64,000 nt of DNA, taken from an uncultured bacterium (GTDB lineage Bacteria > Acidobacteriota > HRBIN11 > JAKEFK01). Shown in pieces: positions 49,950 through 60,157 of this stretch; the stretch's first letter is position 1, and the number at the start of each line of letters is the position of its first letter. The position numbers were made by a program, and so were the translations under genes. Below the pieces are notes generated by a model. The model was not told where the DNA came from. It ran no database searches and saw nothing but the letters and a program-made list of their open reading frames with translations. The stretch covers positions 512,001 through 576,000 of the forward strand of contig CAVZQN010000001.1 in assembly GCA_963777505.1 (NCBI GenBank), in the 5' to 3' direction.

Positions 49950-50963
49950 ATGGCAAAAAAGCTCGCAGGTTCGGGTCGGTTCAAATCGCGTAAAGCAGCT
50001 TCCCGTGAGAACTCAGGAGCTGCACCCAAAATTCATACCTCCATTGAAACGATTTATCTGGCAGTAGATCAAAATCTTTTGGAAAAAACTGCAGCGCCGT
50101 TTCAAGAGCAAATTGTAACCAGCCAAATCCTTTACAAACCAGGAATCCTTTCAATTGCTCGTGTGACTTTTGAAGGTACAAGATGGGAAATTTTTCATGA
50201 GCGCGATGTGCCTCGCGTGATACCGTTTCCTCCAGCAGGACAAATGGCGGATTGGGAGAAAGATCTTGTAGAAAAGGTCGACCTCTCTAAGACTCGTCCA
50301 TCGGCAGAGCCAAACTGTTCATTTGAGGTAGACGCAAATCAAGACTTCTCACCCGCTCATATTCAATCGATTCAGGAACAATTTGTAGAATACCTAACTA
50401 CAAACGAAACACTTGAACTTGCCTTTAATCCTCATCTTCGTATCTACCGCAAATTGGAAGAAAATGAGGAGATGTTCTTTAATCGTTGTTTAGATAGTTT
50501 GCATGAAGAACATGAACAGGAACGCAGGCAGCTTGTAGAAACGATATTAAGGCAAGAAGAGCGGCTGAAAGAACGATTGGAACGGGAATATCGTGAACAT
50601 GGAGTCAATCCTTCAAGTGTCAGCCAGACTGATTCATCGGCAGCTAAGGATGCACAAACGGGAGTACAGTCTGCGACATCGTTGGCTGAGGTACAAGCTG
50701 CTCTTGATGTACAGGATTCGGTTGTACATATGGGACAAATTCAGCGTGAACTTGTTGCAATCCAAAAAGAGAAAGAAGACAAGTTGCGTGAGTTTGAAGA
50801 AAACCTGGTTGCGCTCGCTAAACAACGTGAAAAAGATATTGTCCGGGTCAATCGTGGTAATGTAAAAATGCTTCGCTTCGCAGTTCTTTGGCTTCCTTTC
50901 ACAGAATTCATAATTCAAGAGGATTCTGGACGCCGCATCGAACTACTTAAATCTTTTGCCTGA
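49950..50963 (+). CDS. Hypothetical protein with coiled-coil C-terminal half
   Basis: 337-aa ORF; candidate promoter TTGACT-17-GACACT upstream; no P-loop. Confidence 0.75.
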   Translation: MAKKLAGSGRFKSRKAASRENSGAAPKIHTSIETIYLAVDQNLLEKTAAPFQEQIVTSQILYKPGILSIARVTFEGTRWEIFHERDVPRVIPFPPAGQMADWEKDLVEKVDLSKTRPSAEPNCSFEVDANQDFSPAHIQSIQEQFVEYLTTNETLELAFNPHLRIYRKLEENEEMFFNRCLDSLHEEHEQERRQLVETILRQEERLKERLEREYREHGVNPSSVSQTDSSAAKDAQTGVQSATSLAEVQAALDVQDSVVHMGQIQRELVAIQKEKEDKLREFEENLVALAKQREKDIVRVNRGNVKMLRFAVLWLPFTEFIIQEDSGRRIELLKSFA

Positions 50964-51038
50964 TACTTTCTCCGTCGACCGCAAGTTCATTTATCGCACT
51001 TCGTGATATTCCTGCCTTTCGTTTATATAATTCGTGTC

Positions 51039-52385
51039 ATGAATACACCGGAAGCCCGTGGGCTGTTTGAGAGTGAAGAAAACCGGGCGAAAGCCCCGCT
51101 TGCCGACCGCATGCGCCCTCGCAATTTTGAAGAATTTCTTGGGCAAGAAAATTTAACAGGGCCAGGAAAGATTTTGCGAAGAATGGCTGAACAACAACAG
51201 CTTCGTTCCGTAATTTTCTGGGGACCACCAGGAACCGGTAAAACGACACTTGCGCGATTACTTGCAAACGCGACGAAAGCACACTTTATCCCATACTCTG
51301 CGGTCACTTCAGGCATAAAAGAAATCAAAAGTGTAATGGTTGAAGCACAAAGACAGCGCAAATATTATGGACGCCAGACCATCTTGTTTGTCGATGAGAT
51401 TCATCGCTTTAACAAGGCTCAACAGGATGCATTCCTACCTTACGTTGAAAGCGGAGACATTATTCTTCTAGGCGCAACTACGGAAAATCCTTCATTCGAG
51501 ATCAATTCCGCATTGTTATCACGTACTAAAGTCGTAGTACTACATCCAATGAAGCCAGAGCATTTACGCGAAATCATCCTCCGAGCTTTACAGGATGCCG
51601 ATCGAGGCCTCGGAGGTTCCGGCCTGAATCTGTCCGAGGAAGGACTCGAAGTACTCGTACGAATGTCTGATGGAGATGCTCGAGCAGCATTGAACCTTCT
51701 AGAAATTGCTGCAGATATCGTTGGGACTGGTGAAGCGAAGGAAATCGGCGCGACAGAACTGGAGCAGGCTTTTCAACGAAAAATACTGCTTTACGATAAA
51801 AAAGGTGAAGAACACTACAACATTATTTCTGCACTTCACAAGAGTTTGCGCAATAGCGATCCGGATGCGGGCTTGTACTGGCTTGCACGAATGCTCGAAG
51901 CCGGTGAAGATCCCATGTACATTGCACGAAGGCTTGTTCGATTTGCCAGTGAAGACGTAGGAATGGCCGATCCTCAAGCGCTTGTAGTTTCAATGGCGGC
52001 TCAGCAGGCAACGCACTTCATCGGAATGCCGGAAGCGAATACAGCTCTAGCTCAAGCTGTTGTTTATCTTGCAACTGCGCCAAAGAGCAATGCATTGTAC
52101 GAAGGATATACACGTGCTGCGGATGTTGTGCATCAAAAACCGGATGAGCCTGTCCCATTGCATATTCGTAATGCCCCGACACCTCTGATGAAAAATCTAG
52201 GTTATGGCAAAGGTTATAAATATGCACATGACTTTGAGGACGCGATCACCGATCTTTCTTGTCTTCCCGATTCACTCGCTAGCGAGACTTTTTATGTCCC
52301 TACCGATCGTGGTTTTGAAAATGAAGTAAAACGACGACTTGAAGAATGGGCGAAAAGAAAGCGGAATTTGTCTGGAAAAAAATAG
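51039..52385 (+). CDS. rarA: Replication-associated recombination protein A (MgsA)
   Basis: PLADRMRP, WGPPGTGKTT, FVDEIHRFNKAQQD, GATTENP, SALHKSLR.SD.DA, ASEDVG.ADP. Confidence 0.96.
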   Translation: MNTPEARGLFESEENRAKAPLADRMRPRNFEEFLGQENLTGPGKILRRMAEQQQLRSVIFWGPPGTGKTTLARLLANATKAHFIPYSAVTSGIKEIKSVMVEAQRQRKYYGRQTILFVDEIHRFNKAQQDAFLPYVESGDIILLGATTENPSFEINSALLSRTKVVVLHPMKPEHLREIILRALQDADRGLGGSGLNLSEEGLEVLVRMSDGDARAALNLLEIAADIVGTGEAKEIGATELEQAFQRKILLYDKKGEEHYNIISALHKSLRNSDPDAGLYWLARMLEAGEDPMYIARRLVRFASEDVGMADPQALVVSMAAQQATHFIGMPEANTALAQAVVYLATAPKSNALYEGYTRAADVVHQKPDEPVPLHIRNAPTPLMKNLGYGKGYKYAHDFEDAITDLSCLPDSLASETFYVPTDRGFENEVKRRLEEWAKRKRNLSGKK

Positions 52386-52411
52386 AATTACTCTCGCCAA
52401 GTCTTAAATGT

Positions 52412-54106
52412 TTATGGCAGAGTCGTGTCGATTGTTGATTTGTTTGCGTGTTGGGTTTTCCAGAATGACGTCCACATCGCCCGGATCCTTTCTACTCGAG
52501 CAATATCAGCCGGTGCTGGTGTATCTTTTTTTGTAAAAAATATGAAGGCTTCGCGAAATTGTTTCTGTGATGCAGCGCTGTTTGGAATGCGCGGTCCTTC
52601 CGCGCGAATAATATCCTGAATTGAAACTGGCACTTTCGTTCCGCGAAGAGTCACATTCGATTGTGGTGGACGATCTGTATCCGAACTTCCGGTTACAACA
52701 AAAGTATTTGGGACAGCCCCTGGGGCAAGGAGTCCCATCATGTATCGATCTAACTTACTATAAATTTCATTTGCTCCAGTTGTGATGAATGTACCATCGC
52801 CATTATCCCGGATGTCATTTCCTTCCATGCAAGAAGCGTCACTATCCATATAGAAGTTCCAGTGAGAATCTTGTCGGCCAAGCAAGAGATTTACAGGTTG
52901 TCCTGGAATACTAACTTGTGAGAAAGCAAGCCATCGATGTCCATTTTCCTGAGCGAATACCTCAATCGTACTATTACCGAAAAGAAATTCAGTATTCGGA
53001 TCCTGTGGATATTTTACAAGAGCATCCATCATCAGAATGCCCTGCAGCTTTGGGCTTCCGAACGCCTTAGAGAAGTTGTAATTGTCGTCTCCAATTCCTC
53101 TAATGTTGTTTTGAACAGGAGCATAGAACGCAAAAGCCCCGGTACCTGTTAACGCAGGAAAGTCGGTCCAAACAACTACAAAATCAAAAATAGGAGGATG
53201 AGTTTGATGAAATTCATTGACCAAAGCAGTGAAATCAATTTCTTGTCTTACTGCAAAGCGCTCCAGAATCGTATTTGTAACGCCGGTAAGATTCGAAACT
53301 CCGGAATAATTAACAAGACGAACGTTCGAAATGGATGTATTTCCTTGACTGATCCCTACGATCGCAGCTTTGGCATCAACTCTGGTTCCATAAATGAATT
53401 CAATGTTTCCATTCTTAAACAAGTTCAACTGAAATGTGTTGCTGTTGGTTCCGGAGTTCAGAAATTCTGAAACGTCGTTCCAGGTAACTGTAAATTTCGT
53501 AGAGGACTGCAAGACACGAACCTCTCCCCTTGCGTCAGGATTTAGATCATTGAAAAAAAGTGCAACCCTTGGTGGACCAGTAATGATTCGAAACACATCT
53601 CTATCGCTGGAAGCGTTGTCGAGTTGTTTGAACGTCAAATTACCATCTGAATTAACAAAAACAGAGGTGTAGGTTGTGCCATAGTAAGGGAAGTTGAATC
53701 CACTTGTGAAGTTCACCCGTTCGGAATCATCATCTGAAAGCGTAATGGCACTTCCTTGATTACCCGAAACCGAACCTGCACCCACTTTAACGTCGAAACC
53801 GCCCTGCGGATTTTTGGTATAGGTGATCTTCTTTCCTTTCAGATCGAAATTATTTATAGATGTTAATGTGGATGGAGTGGCTTTAATGACTGCAATTTCA
53901 CCGATATCCTGATGATAGTCCTTAAGAGTTGTAGCCGACATCTGACGTGTTCCAAATTCTTTCTTTCGAAATTCATGATTCTTTATAAGGTACTCTGTAT
54001 TAGTAGTTCCTCTCGTACCACACCATCGGCGTTCATCAAAACGTGCGAATGCATCCGGTGAAAAAAATAATACTGTCAGTACAGCGACCAGGACTTTTGT
54101 TCCCAT
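52412..54106 (-). CDS. Secreted protein with nidogen-like beta domain and metallopeptidase-like domain
   Basis: Signal peptide, WCGT, F.FPYYG.TY..V.V.SDGNLTF, QENGHRWLA, HW, YS.LD.Y.MGL. Confidence 0.75.
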   Translation of the reverse strand: MGTKVLVAVLTVLFFSPDAFARFDERRWCGTRGTTNTEYLIKNHEFRKKEFGTRQMSATTLKDYHQDIGEIAVIKATPSTLTSINNFDLKGKKITYTKNPQGGFDVKVGAGSVSGNQGSAITLSDDDSERVNFTSGFNFPYYGTTYTSVFVNSDGNLTFKQLDNASSDRDVFRIITGPPRVALFFNDLNPDARGEVRVLQSSTKFTVTWNDVSEFLNSGTNSNTFQLNLFKNGNIEFIYGTRVDAKAAIVGISQGNTSISNVRLVNYSGVSNLTGVTNTILERFAVRQEIDFTALVNEFHQTHPPIFDFVVVWTDFPALTGTGAFAFYAPVQNNIRGIGDDNYNFSKAFGSPKLQGILMMDALVKYPQDPNTEFLFGNSTIEVFAQENGHRWLAFSQVSIPGQPVNLLLGRQDSHWNFYMDSDASCMEGNDIRDNGDGTFITTGANEIYSKLDRYMMGLLAPGAVPNTFVVTGSSDTDRPPQSNVTLRGTKVPVSIQDIIRAEGPRIPNSAASQKQFREAFIFFTKKDTPAPADIARVERIRAMWTSFWKTQHANKSTIDTTLP

Positions 54107-54122
54107 GGGTGAATCTCCTCAG

Positions 54123-54214
54123 AACGTAAAAGGTAATCCGTTAACGTAAGAATCGTCCAGTGATTACAGGCTACGCATTACGAATTATGTTTACGTATTA
54201 CGCTTTACGTATTA
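54123..54214. repeat. Inverted heptamer tandem array (nnCGTAA)n...(TTACGnn)n
   Basis: AACGTAA AAGGTAA TCCGTTA ACGTAA ... TTACAGG CTACGCA TTACGAA TTATGT TTACGTA TTACGCT TTACGTA TTA. Confidence 0.7.
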
Positions 54215-54808
54215 TAAACTCTTTCTGTAGGCGCTGACAAAAAGTCGCAGGCAATAGAGGTAAACAGCGCTTGCAAGTTTTTCCGTGTTCTTCATCAAAT
54301 CGGGTAAATGTTTCTTCTTGATGCGGAATTTTAACTGAAGAATCACATCTTCCATTTTTTTGGTAACTTTGCTTTCTTCTTTTTTCTTCTTTGTGGCAAT
54401 TGAAACATCATTTTCCGCTGAAAACTCAAAGAGATCAGCATATTTGTATAGATTTGAATCGGGGACATGCTGATAATCCGGATCCTCCGCAAAATTTTTC
54501 ATAATGCCAGGAGCAACTGAAGCGCTCAATTCTTCGCGAATCCGTTCGCGAAAACGATCAAGATTAAAACCACTCGAATACACGTTACCTGAAACTTCAA
54601 CAAAAACATCGCCATCTGACGAATAAGATTTCAGTCCGAAGGTATAGCCCATAACAGTTACGAGTGGTGCAACGAAGTCTGGACGACTTCGTAACGGGAC
54701 GCTGTATTCATCCATATTAATACCAGGTCCGAGGAAAAAGTTACGATACCTGTGCATTACTTTTACAAGCACATCATCGACTTTCTCAGAGACAGAGTCT
54801 TCTTTCAT
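54212..54808 (-). CDS. Hypothetical protein (198 aa)
   Basis: ATG 54808 with SD GGAG; no recognisable motif. Confidence 0.7.
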   Translation of the reverse strand: MKEDSVSEKVDDVLVKVMHRYRNFFLGPGINMDEYSVPLRSRPDFVAPLVTVMGYTFGLKSYSSDGDVFVEVSGNVYSSGFNLDRFRERIREELSASVAPGIMKNFAEDPDYQHVPDSNLYKYADLFEFSAENDVSIATKKKKEESKVTKKMEDVILQLKFRIKKKHLPDLMKNTEKLASAVYLYCLRLFVSAYRKSL

Positions 54809-54929
54809 GAATTCTCCAAATGCTGAGTAAAAGAAAGGGGTTGAGATTTCATTATAACGGCTGTGTAACGAGCAGGTCAATCAAACAGCATTGGGAATCT
54901 CGATAAAAATCAAAAACTTGTGGTGATTT

Positions 54930-56324
54930 TCATTTCCCGCTACTGCCGATAAAACGTACATTTCGAATCTTCAACGCCGGTGCCACCGTGCAGGATGGAA
55001 TAAGAGCACCATAGCCTTCAGGGTCATGGACTCGAACAGGCTCCGACAACATTTCAATTTGGTTAAAAGATTCGACGACACTCTGAAGATACCGCAAATT
55101 AATAACAGGAGAGACTATCTCTCCATGCTCAACCAGGAAAGTTCCATCCTTCGTCATTCCTGTCAAAACCACTTCTTTTCGATCCGCAATGTTCGTGTAG
55201 TGAAATCGCGTTATATAAATGGTCGGTTCTTCCGACGATGCAATCATAAAATCCAGCGATTGATCGCCCCCTTCCATCATGATATTCAGTGGGATTGCAC
55301 CAATGTGACGCTGCCCTGCCCCGAGGGAGTGTCCTGTACTGGGAATTTTCATTTTTGCGGCCAGTAGACCATCGGTCGCGACTTTCAAACCGATTCCACG
55401 CTCAATGAGAGTTATTTTCGATTTAGGAGTGCCTTCAAAATCAAATGGCAGGATGTAACCTGCTGGATTATTTCCATCATCCCAAATTGTAACGTTATCT
55501 CCCATGATTTTTTGTCCAAGTTTTTCAGACAAAAAGCTTTCCTCTTCCAGATAGCTTAATCCGTTAAATCCTGTATACGAAAGAAAATCAAGCCACTCTG
55601 CGGTCGCTGCCGGTTCAAGAATTACATCAAAACGGATTTCCTCACCCGTTTTTTTTCCTGCAAAAAGATCGCGAGGTGATTGGTTCTGTAATCGGCATTT
55701 GGCAACAAGATCTTCCGCGAATTGTTCAATGTTTATTTCATCAACTTCTTGTGATGCTGCATTGGCATATGAACTATCGTTTTTGCCCGTTAGTATTCCG
55801 GTAATATTTGCGTCTGTAAAATTTGTATAAACGAATGTCCCCATTGTATTTGCAACAGCGATTTCTCCGGCACCTGTTTGAAATTTTGCTGAAGTTGTTA
55901 AACCAGCAGAGGAGGCTTTATCAATCAAACCCTTGACCCAGCGTGCACGATCCTCTGGACTGAAGTTGGCTGTCTTCTCTGAATAGCGGCCTGGCATGAC
56001 ACCATGTGGAAATTGTTCCAATTTTAGGCCTGCAGGAAGCTGTGCTTTGTGATGTGTTGAATCCATTGCGGCATCGATTGCTTTACGGAGCGAATCCTCT
56101 GTCAGGATATTCGTGGATGCTGAACCAATGCGCAGATTGTGAATAATATCGACTGCCAGAGATGCTTCCGATTCACCAACGTTTTGATGGATTTGTGAAT
56201 TCGCAACGCGGGTAACATACGTATCCCAACTCATGAGCAGAAATTCAGCGTAATCAGGCTTTTTGCTCTGTGCGTACTTTAAGGCGGATTTTAGAATTTC
56301 AAAACAGCGTTTTTCACCAAGCAT
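54930..56324 (-). CDS. TldE/PmbA family protein
   Basis: TRVANSQIHQN, VILEP.A, PFDFEG.P, STGH, TGMTKDG.FL.E.G.I. Confidence 0.9.
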   Translation of the reverse strand: MLGEKRCFEILKSALKYAQSKKPDYAEFLLMSWDTYVTRVANSQIHQNVGESEASLAVDIIHNLRIGSASTNILTEDSLRKAIDAAMDSTHHKAQLPAGLKLEQFPHGVMPGRYSEKTANFSPEDRARWVKGLIDKASSAGLTTSAKFQTGAGEIAVANTMGTFVYTNFTDANITGILTGKNDSSYANAASQEVDEINIEQFAEDLVAKCRLQNQSPRDLFAGKKTGEEIRFDVILEPAATAEWLDFLSYTGFNGLSYLEEESFLSEKLGQKIMGDNVTIWDDGNNPAGYILPFDFEGTPKSKITLIERGIGLKVATDGLLAAKMKIPSTGHSLGAGQRHIGAIPLNIMMEGGDQSLDFMIASSEEPTIYITRFHYTNIADRKEVVLTGMTKDGTFLVEHGEIVSPVINLRYLQSVVESFNQIEMLSEPVRVHDPEGYGALIPSCTVAPALKIRNVRFIGSSGK

Positions 56325-56331
56325 AATTTCT

Positions 56332-56349
56332 AACCACAAAGACGCAAAA
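56332..56349 (+). repeat. 18-bp junction repeat, copy 7
   Basis: AACCACAAAGACGCAAAA between the tldD stop and the tldE start. Confidence 0.7.
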
Positions 56350-56351
56350 AA

Positions 56352-57842
56352 TCATTTCTTCTTGCTGCCGACTTTCACATTTTTAAAGCGGGCTGGCGAT
56401 GCACCATGACCGACGAACATAATCTGTCCAGGCTGACCTTTTCCACAATTGGGAGTTCCATACATTTCCCACCACTTGCTGCCACAAACTGCATCACAAC
56501 TATTCCAAAATGAAGGAGTAATTCCTGTATAAAGTGCATTTCTATATAGAGGACCGATCTTACCTTTCTTAATTGGCCTGGCAACCTCCACCGCAAAACT
56601 AAAATTTTTCCGAAGATCATCAATACTCCAGGTATAGTTGGTGTCCAGAATCATGCCATTTTCTGTGGAGCTGATCAGATCATCGAAATTCGTTTCACCT
56701 GGCTCCATGATGATGTTTGTCATCCTGATCAAAGGAATTCTGTTTGAGAAAGATGCCCTCATAGTGCCATTACTGGATTGAAAATAATCTTTCCCTAGAA
56801 GCTCATTGGCCTCCGCAGCCGTCTCGCGGGATGTAAGCAAGTCCTTCCAAATACCTTTAGTGATAAGCGGAAATTTTCTTGCTTCAACTCCTTCATCATC
56901 AAACCCGAAACTTCCGAGACCTCCATCAAGCGTTGCATCGGCAACAATATTTACAAGTGGTGAACCATATTTGAAACTTCCAATTTGAGGAAGCAGCGGT
57001 GTGAGAAAACTTCCACCTGCATAGGTGATTTCCGTACCAAGAATTCTATCCAGTTCTACTGCATGTCCGATCGATTCATGAATCTGCAAACATAACTGGC
57101 TCGGCATCAGAATTACATCGGTTTCTACTTCTGGACAATCAGGAGCTGCAAGCAATTCTTCAACTTCGGAAGCAATTCGCGGTGCATGTTGAAGCAAGTT
57201 CATTGCTTCAATAAATTCATATCCCTTGGCGGCAAAATTCCCTCTAAAACTATTTGGATAAGACCGGGTCTGGACTTCCTCTCCTTCCACGGCGCGGGCG
57301 CTAATTCCTCCGCCGCTTATGACAATTTCTTGACGAATGAAGCTTCCTTCTGTAGAAGAAAAAAATTTGATTAAACGATTAAATGTCAGATCACATTCAG
57401 TAATTTTTACCTTGCTTGATTGCTTGCGCATCAATTGATCAGCCTTCACAAGCAAGTCTACTTTTTCTTCCAATGATACTTTGAATGGATCGATCGAATA
57501 CGAACCTTTGTATTGCGCATTTTTCCAGATCAATGCCGATGATAACTTTACTGGTTTTTTGCGCGTCAATGCGCTCGCTTTTGCAATCCTTAATGCGAGT
57601 TCAACAACGCGTGGGATTTCTTTTTCTGTTGGATTGGATGAAGAAGCAAATCCCCAAACTCCATCCAGGAGCACGCGAACACCGAATCCTGCAGATTCTG
57701 TGTATTCGAGATTCTCAACAACACCATTCTTTACTGAGATATCTTCGGTTGCCGAATAGGGAATGATACGCACGTCGGCATAGTCTGCGCCTTTCCGTAT
57801 CGCTACATCCAGCGCTTTATCGCAAAATTCACGTTCATCCAT
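56352..57842 (-). CDS. tldD: TldD metalloprotease
   Basis: YADVR, GFGVRV, LQIHESIGHAVELDR, FDDEGV, RMTN, CGKGQP. Confidence 0.93.
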   Translation of the reverse strand: MDEREFCDKALDVAIRKGADYADVRIIPYSATEDISVKNGVVENLEYTESAGFGVRVLLDGVWGFASSSNPTEKEIPRVVELALRIAKASALTRKKPVKLSSALIWKNAQYKGSYSIDPFKVSLEEKVDLLVKADQLMRKQSSKVKITECDLTFNRLIKFFSSTEGSFIRQEIVISGGGISARAVEGEEVQTRSYPNSFRGNFAAKGYEFIEAMNLLQHAPRIASEVEELLAAPDCPEVETDVILMPSQLCLQIHESIGHAVELDRILGTEITYAGGSFLTPLLPQIGSFKYGSPLVNIVADATLDGGLGSFGFDDEGVEARKFPLITKGIWKDLLTSRETAAEANELLGKDYFQSSNGTMRASFSNRIPLIRMTNIIMEPGETNFDDLISSTENGMILDTNYTWSIDDLRKNFSFAVEVARPIKKGKIGPLYRNALYTGITPSFWNSCDAVCGSKWWEMYGTPNCGKGQPGQIMFVGHGASPARFKNVKVGSKKK

Positions 57843-57852
57843 ACTTAATGAA

Positions 57853-58455
57853 TTATTCTATCGTGGGTCTGTAATTTAAGAACTTAACTCTAGCGTAATT
57901 CTTTTCAACCTCGATTAGTGAGATTGAAGCCGGGTCGACTTCAATCCTCCAGATAAGGTCTATGGGCATGCCCAAAAAATGTAAAATTGCTAACCGCAAT
58001 GGATCGCCATGACTCACAATCGCAATCTTTTTATCCGGATTGGCGTCTCGCAACCTTAAGAGTTCCGAGACAACTCGATGTTGAACATCGATTGCAAATT
58101 CTCCATTTGGAACACTCGCTCCGCTTCGAAACTTATTATAATTTGCCCATTGCTTGGAAGATCTGATTTCTTCAAAAGTTAAACCTGTCCAATCACCATA
58201 ATGTACTTCACCTAAAGATTCACTGACGCGTACAGGGCGCAGGTTCCATCTTTCAGCAAGAATTTCTGCGGTTTCAATCGTGCGCTCCAACGGGCTGCTG
58301 TAGATTAAATCAATTGATGATTCCTTAAATAATGCGGCAAGCTTTTCAACTTCGTCTCGTCCGCGATCATTGAGATGAATTCCTGGCTGCCAACCCGCAA
58401 TTCCTTTTTCAAGCCAGTCATGACTCCCATGACGGATGAGATAAAACCACGTCAC
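57853..58455 (-). CDS. Histidine phosphatase family protein
   Basis: LIRHG, YSSPLERT.ETA, L.E..YGDW.G, VSHGD. Confidence 0.92.
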   Translation of the reverse strand: MTWFYLIRHGSHDWLEKGIAGWQPGIHLNDRGRDEVEKLAALFKESSIDLIYSSPLERTIETAEILAERWNLRPVRVSESLGEVHYGDWTGLTFEEIRSSKQWANYNKFRSGASVPNGEFAIDVQHRVVSELLRLRDANPDKKIAIVSHGDPLRLAILHFLGMPIDLIWRIEVDPASISLIEVEKNYARVKFLNYRPTIE

Positions 58456-58489
58456 AAACTTCTCTTTTCAATATCGCGCATCGGAAAAT

Positions 58490-59272
58490 TTACTTGCCGC
58501 CAAACTTCGCTGGTCGTTTTTCGAGAAAAGCGCGGGTGCCTTCCTTCATATCTTCGGTAGTACAGCTTAATGCGAATAGATTTGCTTCGAGATTGAGACC
58601 TTCTTCCAGTGTCATCTGCAAACCGCGATTGACACCCTCGATTGTGAGTCTCAATGCAACGGGACCGTTCGCCAGCATCTTTCGCATCATTTCTTCGGCT
58701 TTAGAAATTAGTTCAGTTTGCGCATAGACGCCATTTACAAGTCCGATCTCATATGCGCGTTGAGCGTTGATCGGTTCACCTGTTAAAAGAAGTTCCAACG
58801 CTCTGCCAGTTCCAACAATTCTAGGCAAACGCTGTGTTCCACCATAACCTGCAACGATCCCAAGCTTCACTTCTGGTTGTCCAATCTTTGCGTTCTCCGA
58901 TGCAAGACGAATCGTGCACGCCATTGCAATCTCACAGCCACCGCCCAGAGCGTAACCATTAATCGCAGCAATAACAGGCTTACCAAGATTTTCAATGATA
59001 TCCAGAATATGATGGCCACGACGCGATCGGTCCTTTCCTTCAATTGGAGTTTGTGTGGCAAGTTCATTAATATCAGCGCCAGCAATGAAAGCTTTTTCAC
59101 CGCTGCCTGTAAAGATCACACCACCTGCTTCTTTTTTATGACGGACATCAAGAAACGCGTGCTTCAATTCTTCCATGGTCTGATCGTTTAAGGCGTTCAG
59201 AACTTTGGGACGGTTGACCGTTATGTAAGCAATTTGGTCACGAATCTCGTAAAGAATATTTTCGAACTGCAT
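58490..59272 (-). CDS. crt: Enoyl-CoA hydratase/crotonase
   Basis: NRPKVLNALN, FIAGADI, GYALGGGCE, GQPEVKLG, GGTQRL; SD AGGAG before ATG 59272. Confidence 0.93.
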   Translation of the reverse strand: MQFENILYEIRDQIAYITVNRPKVLNALNDQTMEELKHAFLDVRHKKEAGGVIFTGSGEKAFIAGADINELATQTPIEGKDRSRRGHHILDIIENLGKPVIAAINGYALGGGCEIAMACTIRLASENAKIGQPEVKLGIVAGYGGTQRLPRIVGTGRALELLLTGEPINAQRAYEIGLVNGVYAQTELISKAEEMMRKMLANGPVALRLTIEGVNRGLQMTLEEGLNLEANLFALSCTTEDMKEGTRAFLEKRPAKFGGK

Positions 59273-59294
59273 AATGATCTCCTGCGAAGGTAGG

Positions 59295-60155
59295 TTATTT
59301 TTTGGAGTAGTCGTAAAAGCCTTTTCCAGACTTTTTGCCATAATGTCCGGCCATGACCATCCGTTTCAGTAAGGTCGGCGGCGCATAACGTATGTCTTTG
59401 AATTCATCAAACATGATGTTCGCTATGTAGTACGTCGTATCGAGACCCACAAAATCAAGCAAGGTGAATGGACCCATGGGATATCCGCACCCGAGCATCA
59501 TGCCTTTATCAATGTCTTCAATGCTTCCAAAGCCTTCTTCGTACGCACGAATCGCATCGAGTAGATACGGGACCAATAGCCGATTCACGATGAAGCCCGG
59601 CTTATCGGTTGCAGCAATTGGTTTTTTCCCGAGTGATTCTGCGAAAGCAAAAGTTTGCTGGAATGCTTCATCTGAAGTCAAAATCGATCGAACAACTTCA
59701 ACGAGTTCCATACGTGGAACTGGATTAAAAAAATGTAAGCCGAGGAATCGTTCTGGATGTTTCGTTGATACGGCCATTTCAACGATCGAAAGCGAAGAAG
59801 TATTGCTGCAAAAGAGAACATCATCGCGGCAAACATTGCTGAGGGTTGTAAAAGTTTCTTTTTTTAGATTGAGGATTTCTGGAACGGCTTCAATAATGAT
59901 GTCACGATCGGCCATATCCTCCAGCCGCGTGATGCCGCGCAAATTCTTCATGACTTCATCGGCTGAAATTTTAAGTTGTCCGCGTTCCGCCATTTTTGCT
60001 GCAAATTTTTGAATACCGTTCAGGCCTTTTTGTAATAATTCTTCGTTGACTTCACGTACGAGTGTGTCGTAACCGGCTTGTGCGCATACTTGCGCAATAC
60101 CTGCTCCCATTAATCCGCATCCAAGAACTCCAACTTTCGTTATCTTCATCTTCAC
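59295..60155 (-). CDS. hbd: 3-hydroxybutyryl-CoA dehydrogenase (second paralog)
   Basis: GCGLMGAGIA, SNTSSLSI, GLHFFNPVP, PGFIVNRLL, YPMGP. Confidence 0.92.
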   Translation of the reverse strand: MKMKITKVGVLGCGLMGAGIAQVCAQAGYDTLVREVNEELLQKGLNGIQKFAAKMAERGQLKISADEVMKNLRGITRLEDMADRDIIIEAVPEILNLKKETFTTLSNVCRDDVLFCSNTSSLSIVEMAVSTKHPERFLGLHFFNPVPRMELVEVVRSILTSDEAFQQTFAFAESLGKKPIAATDKPGFIVNRLLVPYLLDAIRAYEEGFGSIEDIDKGMMLGCGYPMGPFTLLDFVGLDTTYYIANIMFDEFKDIRYAPPTLLKRMVMAGHYGKKSGKGFYDYSKK

Positions 60156-60157
60156 CT

